From: Chloroflexota bacterium
GTDB lineage: Bacteria > Chloroflexota > UBA11872 > VXOZ01
Length of the DNA stretch: 64,000 bases
Assembly (NCBI GenBank): GCA_964291655.2
Contig: OZ219802.1
Coordinates: forward strand, 1-64,000
Direction of reading: 5' to 3'
This document shows, one piece after another, positions 39,886-50,238 of the stretch. Position numbers and translations under genes: made by a program. The notes beneath the pieces are model-generated. The model did not search any database. It was not told the origin of the DNA and was given only the letters and a program-made list of their open reading frames with translations. Position 1 is the stretch's first letter. Every line of letters starts with the position of its first letter.

Positions 39886-42384
39886 ATGGTACACGCGAAG
39901 CCTCTTGATCTGTCAGCAGTGCGGAATGCCGCGCGCCGTGACGACGTGTCCTCCTGGGACGGACCCGTGGCACTGAACTTGGACAAGCTGCCGGAGGGAG
40001 AGCAGGACTTCTGGGGGATTCCCTTCGCTCTAGGCTCTGTGGACGCAACGGAAAGTTGGATTCGCTTGAGTGAAGAGGGTGTCGCCGTTCCAGTCGGTAG
40101 CCGTGGCATCACGCACTTTGTCTTTGCGCACTTTTGCGACGCAGAACCGGGCGTGTCATCCCAGCCCGGCATGAGCGGCATGGTATTTTATCCTGGCGAG
40201 CAACTTGCCGCGTATACGCTCCGCTACGCCGACGGCGGGGAGCAGGTGCAATCAGTCCGGCGGCGGTTTGAAATCAACTCGACCGTCGCTTGGGGACAAA
40301 TGGCATTTGCTGCCCGGCCGCAGGGAGGCACGGATCCGGCTGACATCAACGGGCCGTACCCGCGCGGATCTTGGGGACACTGGCAGACGGGCCTCAAAAT
40401 GCAGCGGGCAAGGTCGGCTTCAAACTACTGGATTTACGCATTGCCAAACCCCCATCCCGATCGAACCGTTGAGTCGTTGCAGTTGGCGGCAACAAGCGGA
40501 GTCAACGTTGTGGTTGCCGGCATTACGCTTTATACGGGAAAGCACCATCCACTGCGCCACAATCAGTTGGAAAGTTTTCGCATTGTGCTACCAGCGGAAA
40601 TGCAGGATGCGTCGCCGGAAGACACAGCGGTGACGGTAGACCTTGGCACCTTGGCGCGCAAGTATGCAGTCCCGGCGTTCGACCCGGAGACGTGGCTCGA
40701 TGACGAGGCGCCCGGTTTGGGCGAGAAAGCCAGTAGTGAAGCAGAGAAGACGCTAATCGTGGACGTGACCGCAAGTCCCGATGCCACGCTGGACGTGGCT
40801 GGGCATGCCGTGCCTATGGAGTCCTTGTACGACGCGGGCGAGAGCAAGAGCGGGGACGGCAAGGTCCGTGTGGAGGTGCTTACGCCGGAGCGGACGTGGG
40901 TCCACGTACGCCTGGAAGAAGCAGCGAGTGGCAAAACAACCGCGGCGCGTGTTCACTTTCGTTCGCCGGACGGCCGCTATTTTCCACCCTACGGCCACCG
41001 GCATGAAGTAAACGACAACTGGTTTGAAGACTACGCCGGCGATCTCAAGTTGGGAACGACCCAGTACGCCTACGTGGACGGCACCTTTCAGATTGAACTG
41101 CCGGTTGGCGAAGTCTATGTCGAGATATTCAAAGGCTTCGAATACCAGCCACTACGCTCTCGCCTCAAGATTGCGCCGGGGCAGCGGGAATTAACCCTTA
41201 AGCTGGCGCGTCCGCTCAATTGGCGTGAGAATGGCTGGGTGACCGCCGATACCCACGTGCACTTCATCTCACCGCAAACCGCCTGGCTGGAAGGTCAGGC
41301 TGAAGGTGTGAACCTGATTAATCTTCTCGCCTCTCAATGGGGCGATTTGTACACCAACGTCGCTGACATTACCGGCGAGGTTTCCGGCGTCAGCCGAGAC
41401 GACACCGTTGTGTACGTGGGCACCGAAAACCGGCAACACTTGATGGGTCACATCAGCTTGCTGGGCGTCAAAGGTGAACCGGTGTACCCCATGACCACGG
41501 CCGGACCGGGTGAGAGCTACATTGGAGACCCAATACTCAGCAGCATGAGCGAATGGGCGGACCGCGCGCGCGAACGCGATGGCCTGGTGGTCATCCCGCA
41601 CTTCCCGAACCCTTATACCGAAGCAGTGGCGGAGATTGTGCTCGGCAAGGTAGACGCGGTTGAGCTCAAGTACTTTACGCCCTCCATCGACGGTTTTGGC
41701 CTGCATGAATGGTACCGATTCCTCAACAACGGCTACCGGGTGGCCGCTGTGGGTGGTACGGACAAGATGAGCGCCGGTATCCCTGTCGGCGGTGTGCGCA
41801 CCTACGCGCTGTTGGAGGACGAATTCTCGTTCGGCACATGGGCCCAGGCTGTGCGAGACGGGCGTACATTTACGACCAGCGGCCCGCTCCTGGATGTGCG
41901 CGTTGAAGGGAAACGGCCCGGCGATGAACTCAAGCTGCCGTCCGGCGGAGGCACATTGACGGTTGAGGCGTGGGCGGATTCAGTGCTGCCGTTCCATGAG
42001 CTACAAATTGTGTGCAACGGCGCCGTGGTCGCAACCAAGACAGTGCCCGATGGAGGCAAGACCTGCCGCATCAGTCAAGAGGTGAAGCTGGATGGAAGCG
42101 GTTGGATTGCGGCGCGTTGTGTCAGCTCGTTGGAAGTTCAACATTACTGGGTAGTGAATGTGGCGGCTCACACGTCCCCGGTATATGTCGTAGCGGACCA
42201 GCAAGATCTCTTCAACCCCAGTGACGCAACGTACATGATGACTATCCTGGATGGCGGACTGACCTGGCTCGACACCTTAGCGACGCGGGCCGACGCCGAA
42301 CGCCACGCGGGCGTGCGCCGGGTCTTTGAGCACGCAAAATCTCACCTCCAGGGGCGTCTGCACTCGCACGGACATGAGCACTAG
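39886..42384 (+). CDS. CehA/McbA family metallohydrolase (PHP-like domain)
   Basis: ADTHVH, TENR...GH, PH.P.P, WYRFLN.GYR....GGTD, GRTF.T.GP, AHTSPVY; ATG after GAGGAGG. Confidence 0.85.
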   Translation: MVHAKPLDLSAVRNAARRDDVSSWDGPVALNLDKLPEGEQDFWGIPFALGSVDATESWIRLSEEGVAVPVGSRGITHFVFAHFCDAEPGVSSQPGMSGMVFYPGEQLAAYTLRYADGGEQVQSVRRRFEINSTVAWGQMAFAARPQGGTDPADINGPYPRGSWGHWQTGLKMQRARSASNYWIYALPNPHPDRTVESLQLAATSGVNVVVAGITLYTGKHHPLRHNQLESFRIVLPAEMQDASPEDTAVTVDLGTLARKYAVPAFDPETWLDDEAPGLGEKASSEAEKTLIVDVTASPDATLDVAGHAVPMESLYDAGESKSGDGKVRVEVLTPERTWVHVRLEEAASGKTTAARVHFRSPDGRYFPPYGHRHEVNDNWFEDYAGDLKLGTTQYAYVDGTFQIELPVGEVYVEIFKGFEYQPLRSRLKIAPGQRELTLKLARPLNWRENGWVTADTHVHFISPQTAWLEGQAEGVNLINLLASQWGDLYTNVADITGEVSGVSRDDTVVYVGTENRQHLMGHISLLGVKGEPVYPMTTAGPGESYIGDPILSSMSEWADRARERDGLVVIPHFPNPYTEAVAEIVLGKVDAVELKYFTPSIDGFGLHEWYRFLNNGYRVAAVGGTDKMSAGIPVGGVRTYALLEDEFSFGTWAQAVRDGRTFTTSGPLLDVRVEGKRPGDELKLPSGGGTLTVEAWADSVLPFHELQIVCNGAVVATKTVPDGGKTCRISQEVKLDGSGWIAARCVSSLEVQHYWVVNVAAHTSPVYVVADQQDLFNPSDATYMMTILDGGLTWLDTLATRADAERHAGVRRVFEHAKSHLQGRLHSHGHEH

Positions 42385-42832
42385 AGGCCGCGTGCCGGCA
42401 GCGAGTGACACCGGGTTCGCATTCGTAGAGCATACGGCCGACATTGGCGTGAGGGCTTGGGGGCCCACTCCCGCCGCCGCTTTTGCCGCCACCGCCCGTG
42501 GTATGTATGTCATTACACTTGGCAAGGAGCCGGCTGAAACGACGGGACGGACGATAGAGCGCACTGTTTCCGTCAGTGGCGAAACGTGGCCTGACCTCCT
42601 CGTGAACTGGCTTGCGGAATTGCTTTTCCAATTCAGTGTGGAGGGAGTGGTGGCTTTTGAATACGAGTTCTCGGCGTGCGCACCGCCGCGATGCTCCGCC
42701 TCAGTCACTGGCATAGCCATTGAAGATGAAGATCAAGTTGCGGGTGGGGAAATCAAGGCAGTGACGTATCATAATCTGAAGATCGACGTGCAGCCGGAGT
42801 GCACGACGGCGCAAGTAATCTTTGACATCTGA
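42374..42832 (+). CDS. Archease
   Basis: EHTADIG, LVNWL.EL, IKAVTYH, C-terminal FDI; directly upstream of rtcB. Start may instead be GTG 42392. Confidence 0.93.
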   Translation: MSTRGRVPAASDTGFAFVEHTADIGVRAWGPTPAAAFAATARGMYVITLGKEPAETTGRTIERTVSVSGETWPDLLVNWLAELLFQFSVEGVVAFEYEFSACAPPRCSASVTGIAIEDEDQVAGGEIKAVTYHNLKIDVQPECTTAQVIFDI

Positions 42833-42846
42833 GCAGGTGAGGTTTC

Positions 42847-44319
42847 ATGGGTAAGAGCGCGCCGCAGAACTGGCGGTCGGTGCTGCGACAGCGGGATGCG
42901 GTCCGCTGGGAATTGCCAGTCGAATACATGCCCGGCATGCGTGTGCCGGGGCTGATCTTTGCTGATGCGGCCATGATTGATTCGATGGCCGGTGACATGG
43001 CGATTCAGCAAGTGGCGAACATGGCCACGCTGCCGGGAATTGTGGGGCATGCCCTTGCCATGCCGGACATCCACTGGGGGTATGGTTTTCCCATTGGGGG
43101 CGTTGCGGCGACGCGGGTCGAGGACGGCGTTGTCTCGCCGGGCGGCGTCGGATTTGACATAAATTGCGGCGTGCGGCTCTTGCGCACCAACCTTCACGAA
43201 CGGGCAGTAAGGGGCCGTCTGCCGGAGATTGTGGATCAGCTCTTTCGTGACGTCCCTACCGGTCTGGGGCGCGGCAAGAGGAAGCGCGTCGTGAACATAA
43301 ACGTGGAAGGCGCTCTTGCCGCGGGGGCGGCGTGGGCAGTGGAGAACGGTCACGGTAGGCGGGAAGACCTCGCCGCTATCGAAGCGGGAGGGTGTCTACC
43401 CGGCGCCGATCCGACGCAAGTGAGCCAGCGGGCGCGTCAAAGAGGGGCCCCTCAGCTGGGTTCGCTGGGTTCCGGCAACCACTTCCTGGAAATGCAAGTG
43501 GTGGAGACCATTGCGGACGCAGAAGCCGCCCACGCGTTCGGCATCACGGAACCTGGGCAGGTCATGCTTTCCATTCATACCGGCTCTCGCGGGCTAGGCC
43601 ACCAGGTGTGCCAGGAATTTCTGGGCACAATGCAGCGCGCGATGGAGAAGTACCGCATTTCCCTACCAGACAGGCAGCTAGCGTGTGCGCCCATTCAGTC
43701 CGAAGAGGGCCAGGCGTATCTCGGCGCGATGTCCGCTGCGGCAAATTTCGCTTTCGCCAACCGCCAGGCCATTACCGAACGCACACGGCGGGCGTTTCAG
43801 CACGTGCTTGGCAGCTCAGCGTCTGAAATTGAGATTGGTGTGGTCTACGACGTTGCCCACAACATCGCGAAGATGGAACGCCATCGGGTCAATGGCAAGG
43901 AAGCGGACCTGTGCGTTCACCGCAAAGGCGCCACCCGGGCTTTGCCTGCGGGGGATGCCGATGTGCCCGCGATGTACCGCTCTGTGGGTCAGCCGGTCCT
44001 CATCCCCGGTGACATGGGACGTTACTCGTACATTCTCGTGGGGCAGGACCGGGCGCGGCACGAGACCTTTGCCTCAACCTGTCACGGCGCGGGACGTTTA
44101 CTAAGCCGGGGTGCAGCCAAGAAGAAGCTGGCCGGTGTCGACCTTACACAGGTGCTCCGCAGCAAGGGCATTGTCGTGCGTGCCCAGAGCAAGGCCGGTC
44201 TGGCGGAGGAGGCAAGCGATGCCTACAAGGACGTGCGAGAGGTGGTGAGTGTGGTCGAGCAATCCGGCATTGCCCGTGTGGTGGCGCGCGTGCGGCCAAT
44301 CGGTGTGATCAAGGGTTGA
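42847..44319 (+). CDS. rtcB: RNA ligase RtcB (archaeal/eukaryote-like long type)
   Basis: MPDIHWGYGFPIG, GFDINCG, GSGNHFLE, HTGSRG, HNIAK, HRKGAT, PGDMG, HGAGR, YKD, VIKG. Confidence 0.96.
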   Translation: MGKSAPQNWRSVLRQRDAVRWELPVEYMPGMRVPGLIFADAAMIDSMAGDMAIQQVANMATLPGIVGHALAMPDIHWGYGFPIGGVAATRVEDGVVSPGGVGFDINCGVRLLRTNLHERAVRGRLPEIVDQLFRDVPTGLGRGKRKRVVNINVEGALAAGAAWAVENGHGRREDLAAIEAGGCLPGADPTQVSQRARQRGAPQLGSLGSGNHFLEMQVVETIADAEAAHAFGITEPGQVMLSIHTGSRGLGHQVCQEFLGTMQRAMEKYRISLPDRQLACAPIQSEEGQAYLGAMSAAANFAFANRQAITERTRRAFQHVLGSSASEIEIGVVYDVAHNIAKMERHRVNGKEADLCVHRKGATRALPAGDADVPAMYRSVGQPVLIPGDMGRYSYILVGQDRARHETFASTCHGAGRLLSRGAAKKKLAGVDLTQVLRSKGIVVRAQSKAGLAEEASDAYKDVREVVSVVEQSGIARVVARVRPIGVIKG

Positions 44320-44323
44320 CTCG

Positions 44324-45346
44324 ATGCTCCAAGGCAAACTACCCGCAGCGCTCTTGTCTGAACTACTCAAAGCTATACCAATCGATGACCCGGACGTAAT
44401 CGTGGGTCCCCGCTTGGGCGAGGATGCCGCCGTGTTGGACATTGGCGATCGGTATCTCATCGCAAAAAGCGATCCGATTACGTTCACCGCGCACCGCATT
44501 GGCTGGTACGCTTTGCAGATCAATGCCAATGACGTGGCAACGATGGGTGCGCGTCCGCGCTGGTTCCTGGGCACCCTCTTGCTCCCACCCACGTGCAGCG
44601 AAGATACAGTAAAGGAAATATTCGCCGACATCAAGGAAGCGTGCCGGGTGCTGGGTGTCACGCTGGTTGGCGGGCATACGGAGGTAACCGACGGTGTCGT
44701 CCGACCCATCCTTGCCGGGACACTCTTGGGAGAGGTCGCCAAAGACCGGCTCGTCATGAATGCGGACGCGCGGCCCGGGGATGTAATCCTTCTCACTGCA
44801 GGCATTGCGATTGAAGGCACTGCCATTCTTGCACAGGATGCGAGCGAGGAGCTCGCGGCCCAAGGCGTAGCGCCGGTCACAATCGCGCGTGCGCAGGCAT
44901 ACCTTGACGATCCCGGTATCAGCGTGGTTCATGCCGCGGAGGCGTTGTGCCGTGCAGTGCATCCACGCGCGATGCACGATCCCACGGAAGGCGGACTGGC
45001 AACGGCTCTGGTTGAACTGGCGGCAGGGGCGGCATGTGGGCTCGCAATCGACCTTGCTACCGTGCTGGTCTTATCGGAGACCGCCGAAATCTGCATGGCT
45101 CTAGCGCTTGACCCACTCGGCTTACTCGCGTCAGGCGCCTTGCTCGCGGTCGTAGCGCCGGATGACGTCGTCAAGTCCTTAACAGCACTGCAGGATTGTG
45201 GCATAGAAGCTGCCGCCATTGGCCGCATGGCCGAGCAGGCGGAAGGAGTGCGGATGCAGGTGGAAGGGGCTTGGCACCCAGTACCTACATTCCCGCGCGA
45301 TGAATTGGCGCGCTTCTTTGCAGAAGCCGGCGGGAACGAAACGTAG
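44324..45346 (+). CDS. AIR synthase-related (PurM/HypE-like) protein
   Basis: GKL, GEDAA, DPIT, NANDVATMG, GGHTE, MHDPTEGG, DEL. Confidence 0.88.
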   Translation: MLQGKLPAALLSELLKAIPIDDPDVIVGPRLGEDAAVLDIGDRYLIAKSDPITFTAHRIGWYALQINANDVATMGARPRWFLGTLLLPPTCSEDTVKEIFADIKEACRVLGVTLVGGHTEVTDGVVRPILAGTLLGEVAKDRLVMNADARPGDVILLTAGIAIEGTAILAQDASEELAAQGVAPVTIARAQAYLDDPGISVVHAAEALCRAVHPRAMHDPTEGGLATALVELAAGAACGLAIDLATVLVLSETAEICMALALDPLGLLASGALLAVVAPDDVVKSLTALQDCGIEAAAIGRMAEQAEGVRMQVEGAWHPVPTFPRDELARFFAEAGGNET

Positions 45347-45579
45347 GTTGTTTGCACTGCAGCGGCGGCGAGACCATCCGGATGCGACACATCCGGCCGA
45401 TGTCGAACGTGCGCTAATTGGGCAGGGACTCTATACTTGAAAGAGGATGAAACCTGCTAGGTGTGAAGGTGGGTGCTGCCTAAGAGCGTGGTACGGTTCA
45501 TGCCGCTGGCATGTGCAGACCAGAGCAATCAAGAGAAGCCAACTAGCAAGACAAGGAAGTTCAGCAAGGGAGAGAACGG

Positions 45580-46641
45580 ATGCCTAAGGTTATTGACCTG
45601 CGCAGCGATACAGTAAGTATGCCAACCGCGGAAATGCGCGAGGCTATGAGGAATGCGGAAGTCGGTGACGATTGCTATCGAGAAGACCCTTCCGTTAATC
45701 GATTAGAGGCCATGGCGGCGGAAATCACGGGCAAAGAAGCAGCGCTTATGGTCACCAGCGGCACGCAAGGAAACCTCGTGTGCCTCCTCACCCATTGCCG
45801 CAATGGTGACGAGTTCGTTGTAGCAGACGAAGCTCATATCATTACCACTGAGTCTGGCGATTTTGCCTGTGTGGCGGGGGCATCACCCCGCATCGCGCCG
45901 TCGGAGAGGGGCATCCTGACAGCCGACAATATCCGCAGTGTGTTGCGACGGTCCTATGACGCATTTTCTCCCACACGCCTGATCTGTCTTGAAAACACTA
46001 ACAACCGTGGCGGCGGGGCCATTTACCCGTTGGCTACCCTTGCCGGCATCCGTGAGCTGGCTGATGAGCAAGGCATTAGCGTGCACATGGATGGCGCGCG
46101 TGTTTTCAATGCAGCGGCGGGTTTGGGCGTCCCTGTGTCTGAAGTCGTGCAGTACGTAGATTCGGTGACGTTTTGCCTCTCCAAGGCATTGAGCGCACCT
46201 GTAGGGTCTATTATTTGCGGTACCGCAGAGTATATAGAGACGGCCAGACGCTTCCGGCGGATGCTCGGCGGCGGCTTGCGGCAGTCCGGCGTGCTAGCCG
46301 CTGCCGGCATTGTCGCGTTGGAGACTATTCCCCAGAAGCTTCCCCAAGATCATGCCAATGCCCGCCGCCTCGGCGAAGGACTTGGCGAGATCGACGGCAT
46401 TTCCGCCGATTCCGTGGAGACCAATATGATTTATATCGATATTGACCCCTCTTTGGGGGAGGCTCAGCAGCTTGTGGATGAGTTGGCAGCGCGGTCAGTG
46501 AAGTGCAGCGCCGTCTCAGCCGATCGCATTCGCCTCGTGACCTACCACCAAGTCACAGCGGAAGACATCGAATCGGCCATTGAGGCCGCACGCGATGCAG
46601 TCAAGGCGATGACCAATGTGCCGGCTGCCGCGCAGGTTTAG
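45580..46641 (+). CDS. ltaE: Low-specificity L-threonine aldolase family PLP enzyme
   Basis: DLRSDT, VGDD...EDP, SGTQGN, LENT.N, HMDGAR.FN, CLSK.L.APVGS. Confidence 0.88.
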   Translation: MPKVIDLRSDTVSMPTAEMREAMRNAEVGDDCYREDPSVNRLEAMAAEITGKEAALMVTSGTQGNLVCLLTHCRNGDEFVVADEAHIITTESGDFACVAGASPRIAPSERGILTADNIRSVLRRSYDAFSPTRLICLENTNNRGGGAIYPLATLAGIRELADEQGISVHMDGARVFNAAAGLGVPVSEVVQYVDSVTFCLSKALSAPVGSIICGTAEYIETARRFRRMLGGGLRQSGVLAAAGIVALETIPQKLPQDHANARRLGEGLGEIDGISADSVETNMIYIDIDPSLGEAQQLVDELAARSVKCSAVSADRIRLVTYHQVTAEDIESAIEAARDAVKAMTNVPAAAQV

Positions 46642-46744
46642 TTTGGCTTCGGATTTCAGCTTGGGTCAGGAGAGTCTCAGCAATAGCGCAGTGCAATCGG
46701 ACCTATAGCGGACTGCCGTGCTTAGTGAAGTGACGCAGATGCGT

Positions 46745-48445
46745 CTACTGTTCATCTTCCTGAGGGGCCTGCAAGCGCCGCCGCACTTCATCCGGCGTGA
46801 GTGAAGTCTCCAGAAGTGCGAGCTCAGTGCCCTCCGGCAGGGAGCTTTGCGCAATTTGGGCTTGCGCGGCTTTGAGGTTACCGCCCGTAAGCGTGACCAC
46901 AACGCTGTGCACTTCCGGTTCGGACGCGGTAACTCCAGCTGCTGAAGGCGCCTGACTCTCAGTGACCGTAGGTTCTTCTTCCTCCCGTGGGGCCCGGTGC
47001 TCCAGACGCAGAAAGCGCACATGGTACGCCAACAATGTGATGGCAATCAGCGCCAAACTGACGTTGATGTTCAAAGCATCGATGAAGTCGTTGCCCGAGC
47101 CGATGCCAAGCACGGAACGCAACCCTTGGTAGAGCAGCGTCCCGACTGCAATCACAACGGCGATCACGCTAGCTGATGATACCAGGGAGAGGTAAATGCG
47201 GCGCACCAGCGACCCTCGTTCTGCACCGCTTTCGTCGGCCTCCAAATCGTGCTGAATCTGGCGCCAATACCACACCCAAGCGGCGAGGCCCACGAGCAGC
47301 AACGTCACGTAGAGGCTAAGCTGCTGCTGCAGGAATTTCTCCGGCAGATCGAGGGTGTCCGCCTGGCCGGTCAGAATTCCTACGATCAGGCGCAGGATGC
47401 CAAATGCCCCAAATGCCAACAAAGAGATGCCTATGGCCGTTAACAGGTAGGAGTAAACACGCCGTATCGACGCCTGTTGCGGCAATTCGGAGACGAGGGC
47501 AGCATCTTGCTGCAAATGGTACCGGTGATAGAACCAGCCCGTGGCAGCTACGACCGCAACTGGAATGATCCACGCCAGGTTATCGCGGAACGCAAGCTGA
47601 TCGTCAACGGCATTCAGGATGTTCAAGAGTACCAAATAGAGAATTCGCCCAATTGCCAAGAGTGCGCCGGCTGCGGCAATGCCCACGGACAGATAGAGAT
47701 AGACCTTGCGCAGGGCCGATCGTAATTCCGGACTATCGGCAGTGGCGGTTCGGCGCTGGATCATAGCCCAGTGGAACGACCAGCCGACACCTCCGACAAC
47801 GATCCAAGCCACGCTGTTTACGAAGGGCATTTCCCACCACGCAGCATCGGCTGATTCAGCTCCAATGAATCGTTGAATAATCGTTGTGAGCAGTGGGATG
47901 AGTGATGTAACCACTATTCCCAAACTGCCGAAGGATGCAGCGTACCAATACCAGCGCGTAATAGTTGCGGCCGCCCCGGTTTGAAGCTGCGCGGGTGGTC
48001 GCTGGCGGATATGGTACGTCCAGAACAGGCCGTAGATTACCACCTCAGCGAGATGGTCCAGCAAATTGGCCGTTTCAAAGGAATTGCCCGCAAGGCGCGC
48101 AAGCGGAACGAACAGGACCTCTCCGGCTCCCTCGGCAGTCTCAATGAGGGTAACGCCCAAGACGCCTAGGAAAAATAGTGCACGGAGCGGGCTAGCTTCC
48201 TCGGCGCTGTTGCGCGCAAGTCGCTGTGCCCATATCCAATGTCCCAGCCAGAGCGGGGTTCCCACTGCGATCAGGGCGAGGTTGAGGCTCAGTTGTTCGC
48301 GCCACCAGTCACTGCCTAGACTGAACTCGGCGTCTGGCGTAAATGTCAGGAGGGCAAGCCGCAGCAGTTCGCTGCTGGCATGCATGAAAAGCAAGAGGCC
48401 GATAAAAGCAGCAGCAAGAATGTAGAGGCGCCGTACCGTAAGCAT
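46745..48445 (-). CDS. DUF5671-like polytopic membrane protein with internal repeats
   Basis: Repeated RR.Y.Y ... W..HW modules; ATG 48445. Confidence 0.72.
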   Translation of the reverse strand: MLTVRRLYILAAAFIGLLLFMHASSELLRLALLTFTPDAEFSLGSDWWREQLSLNLALIAVGTPLWLGHWIWAQRLARNSAEEASPLRALFFLGVLGVTLIETAEGAGEVLFVPLARLAGNSFETANLLDHLAEVVIYGLFWTYHIRQRPPAQLQTGAAATITRWYWYAASFGSLGIVVTSLIPLLTTIIQRFIGAESADAAWWEMPFVNSVAWIVVGGVGWSFHWAMIQRRTATADSPELRSALRKVYLYLSVGIAAAGALLAIGRILYLVLLNILNAVDDQLAFRDNLAWIIPVAVVAATGWFYHRYHLQQDAALVSELPQQASIRRVYSYLLTAIGISLLAFGAFGILRLIVGILTGQADTLDLPEKFLQQQLSLYVTLLLVGLAAWVWYWRQIQHDLEADESGAERGSLVRRIYLSLVSSASVIAVVIAVGTLLYQGLRSVLGIGSGNDFIDALNINVSLALIAITLLAYHVRFLRLEHRAPREEEEPTVTESQAPSAAGVTASEPEVHSVVVTLTGGNLKAAQAQIAQSSLPEGTELALLETSLTPDEVRRRLQAPQEDEQ

Positions 48446-48489
48446 TGCTTGTTCCCCGCTACGCGAGTGGCTGATTGCAGTGACGTTTC

Positions 48490-49017
48490 CTACGCGACGA
48501 TATTGTGCAGCATCCATATGTCGAAGGGCTTAACGACCTTCCACTCGCCATCGATCTGCCGCAACCGCACTTCAACTTCACGCGAGTACCGGTTGGACTC
48601 AAAGACTCCAAGGAGACCCAAGGGCGTCGGACGGGAGTACCAGGTAGTAATGTTGACCCGCACGGTCGCCAGACCCTCCACGGTCTCAGCTCCTTCAACC
48701 ACCAAGCGCACGCCGGTATTCAAGCCCGAACGACGCGAAGGCAATAGCGAATATCCGCTATCCTTCTCCCGTTCTTCTATGTCCTCCAGGACTTCCGGCG
48801 AGAGATAGGACTTGGTCCGGTCTTCATCCCCGCGCGTTGCCGCAACCACAAGATTGTGCACGATGTCTTCGGGCGCGGTGCCGGCACTGTATTCAAGCTC
48901 AACCGACGTAGGAGAGCGCCATACGAGAACGACGGCGAATACTATGATGAAGAATATGACGATAAGAATCGTCGCCAGAAACCGGTCAATTCCTTTTAGC
49001 ATCGGACCTGCCTGCAA
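48490..49017 (-). CDS. Membrane-anchored hypothetical protein, possible NTF2-like extracytoplasmic domain
   Basis: N-terminal TM, PEDIV, YLS, ATV.V, L...DGEWKV. Start may be ATG 49002. Confidence 0.65.
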   Translation of the reverse strand: MQAGPMLKGIDRFLATILIVIFFIIVFAVVLVWRSPTSVELEYSAGTAPEDIVHNLVVAATRGDEDRTKSYLSPEVLEDIEEREKDSGYSLLPSRRSGLNTGVRLVVEGAETVEGLATVRVNITTWYSRPTPLGLLGVFESNRYSREVEVRLRQIDGEWKVVKPFDIWMLHNIVA

Positions 49018-49250
49018 TTCTCAGTAGCGTGCTGCAAGATCGGCTATGAGTCTAGTATAGCAAGACGGCATCGAAACCAGATGGAAATCTGCAACATGGA
49101 TTAGAATTCAGAAGGGGCACCGGCGTGCTACGTTGGAATAGTCGCTTGTGAAGGCTTCTGTAGTGACTCAGGGAGAGGTCGCGTAGAATCTAAGGGCAGG
49201 AGTTGCTTCAGACCGGCTAGGCGCGGTACTTGCCGCGAGGAGGATTGTGG

Positions 49251-49955
49251 ATGAGCGTACTCTCAGGGAAGACTCTTGGCGGACTGTGCCTCATTGTGGG
49301 CCCGATCCTGGCGCTCGTCTTCTTTGTCTTCCAGCCTGGCGGCGTCCTCTACAACAACGCCTTGATGGACAAGGCCGAAGCTACCATAGTCGCTCTGGAG
49401 CGCTACCATGCTCTGGCAAACCTCACGGGTATCGGTATTGCGCTGGGACTAACTCTCGCCCTCTACGGCCAATTCGCACTTCTGCGCAGCTTGCAGAGTG
49501 ACACAGGCGATGAGGCTCTTTCTCAGTTGGGCCTGTTGTTCCTGGCGGTGGGCGCAATCGGTTGGGTAGTGATGCAGGGGCTGAACCTGGAAATGGCCGA
49601 TACGAACACGGAGAGTGCTGCCTCCTTCCAGTCAGCCGCAGCCGTTTTCAGGGTTGAATTCGGGATAAGCCTGATCGCGGGCCTTTGTGTCGCGCTGGGA
49701 TTCTTGCTCTTTAGTTTGGGACTTGCGACCAGAAAGGGTTTCAACCGCATTGCCGCCGGGATCATTGCCGTTGTCTCGCTCATCGCGCTCGTGAGTCAGA
49801 TAATCGGCATCAGCGTCACGTCTCTAACGAATTCCATGATCCAGATAGCACGGCTTTGCTTTGTCTTTTGGGCAGTCTGGAGCATATTACTTGGCGTGGG
49901 CTTGCTCCGACGGAGCAGATTGAAGCCGGTTGAGGAAATCGGAGACCAGCGGTAG
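49251..49955 (+). CDS. Polytopic membrane protein (DUF4386-like)
   Basis: About six hydrophobic segments; ATG after GAGGAGGA. Confidence 0.7.
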   Translation: MSVLSGKTLGGLCLIVGPILALVFFVFQPGGVLYNNALMDKAEATIVALERYHALANLTGIGIALGLTLALYGQFALLRSLQSDTGDEALSQLGLLFLAVGAIGWVVMQGLNLEMADTNTESAASFQSAAAVFRVEFGISLIAGLCVALGFLLFSLGLATRKGFNRIAAGIIAVVSLIALVSQIIGISVTSLTNSMIQIARLCFVFWAVWSILLGVGLLRRSRLKPVEEIGDQR

Positions 49956-50238
49956 GGCTTGGTGCAGTCTTAGCTATGCCTCTACGGGCGAGGTGCGAAC
50001 GCAACTACGCTTACAGAGTCTGGCGCCATCAATTGGCGTGCACTTCAACGTGTGGCAGACGTCGAGGCTCCGTAAGCTAGGGTGTACAACCGGTACGGCC
50101 CTTCGACGCACAATAGCCGTGTGACGATAGCAAGAATTGGCAGGAAGGGCACTATTTCTTGTCTCTTTGGCTGCAGAGTCGTGCAGCCCAATGCCGAGAC
50201 CGTATAATTGATTCGAGGATCGGCATAGCCTGACAGCA

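Noticed and set aside
37946-42384. Genomic island integrated at tRNA-Gly
   Set aside because: The accessory genes lie on the 5' side of the tRNA; no integrase or duplicated tRNA 3' end was seen.
45347-45579. Glycine riboswitch upstream of ltaE
   Set aside because: Conserved aptamer motifs were not found.
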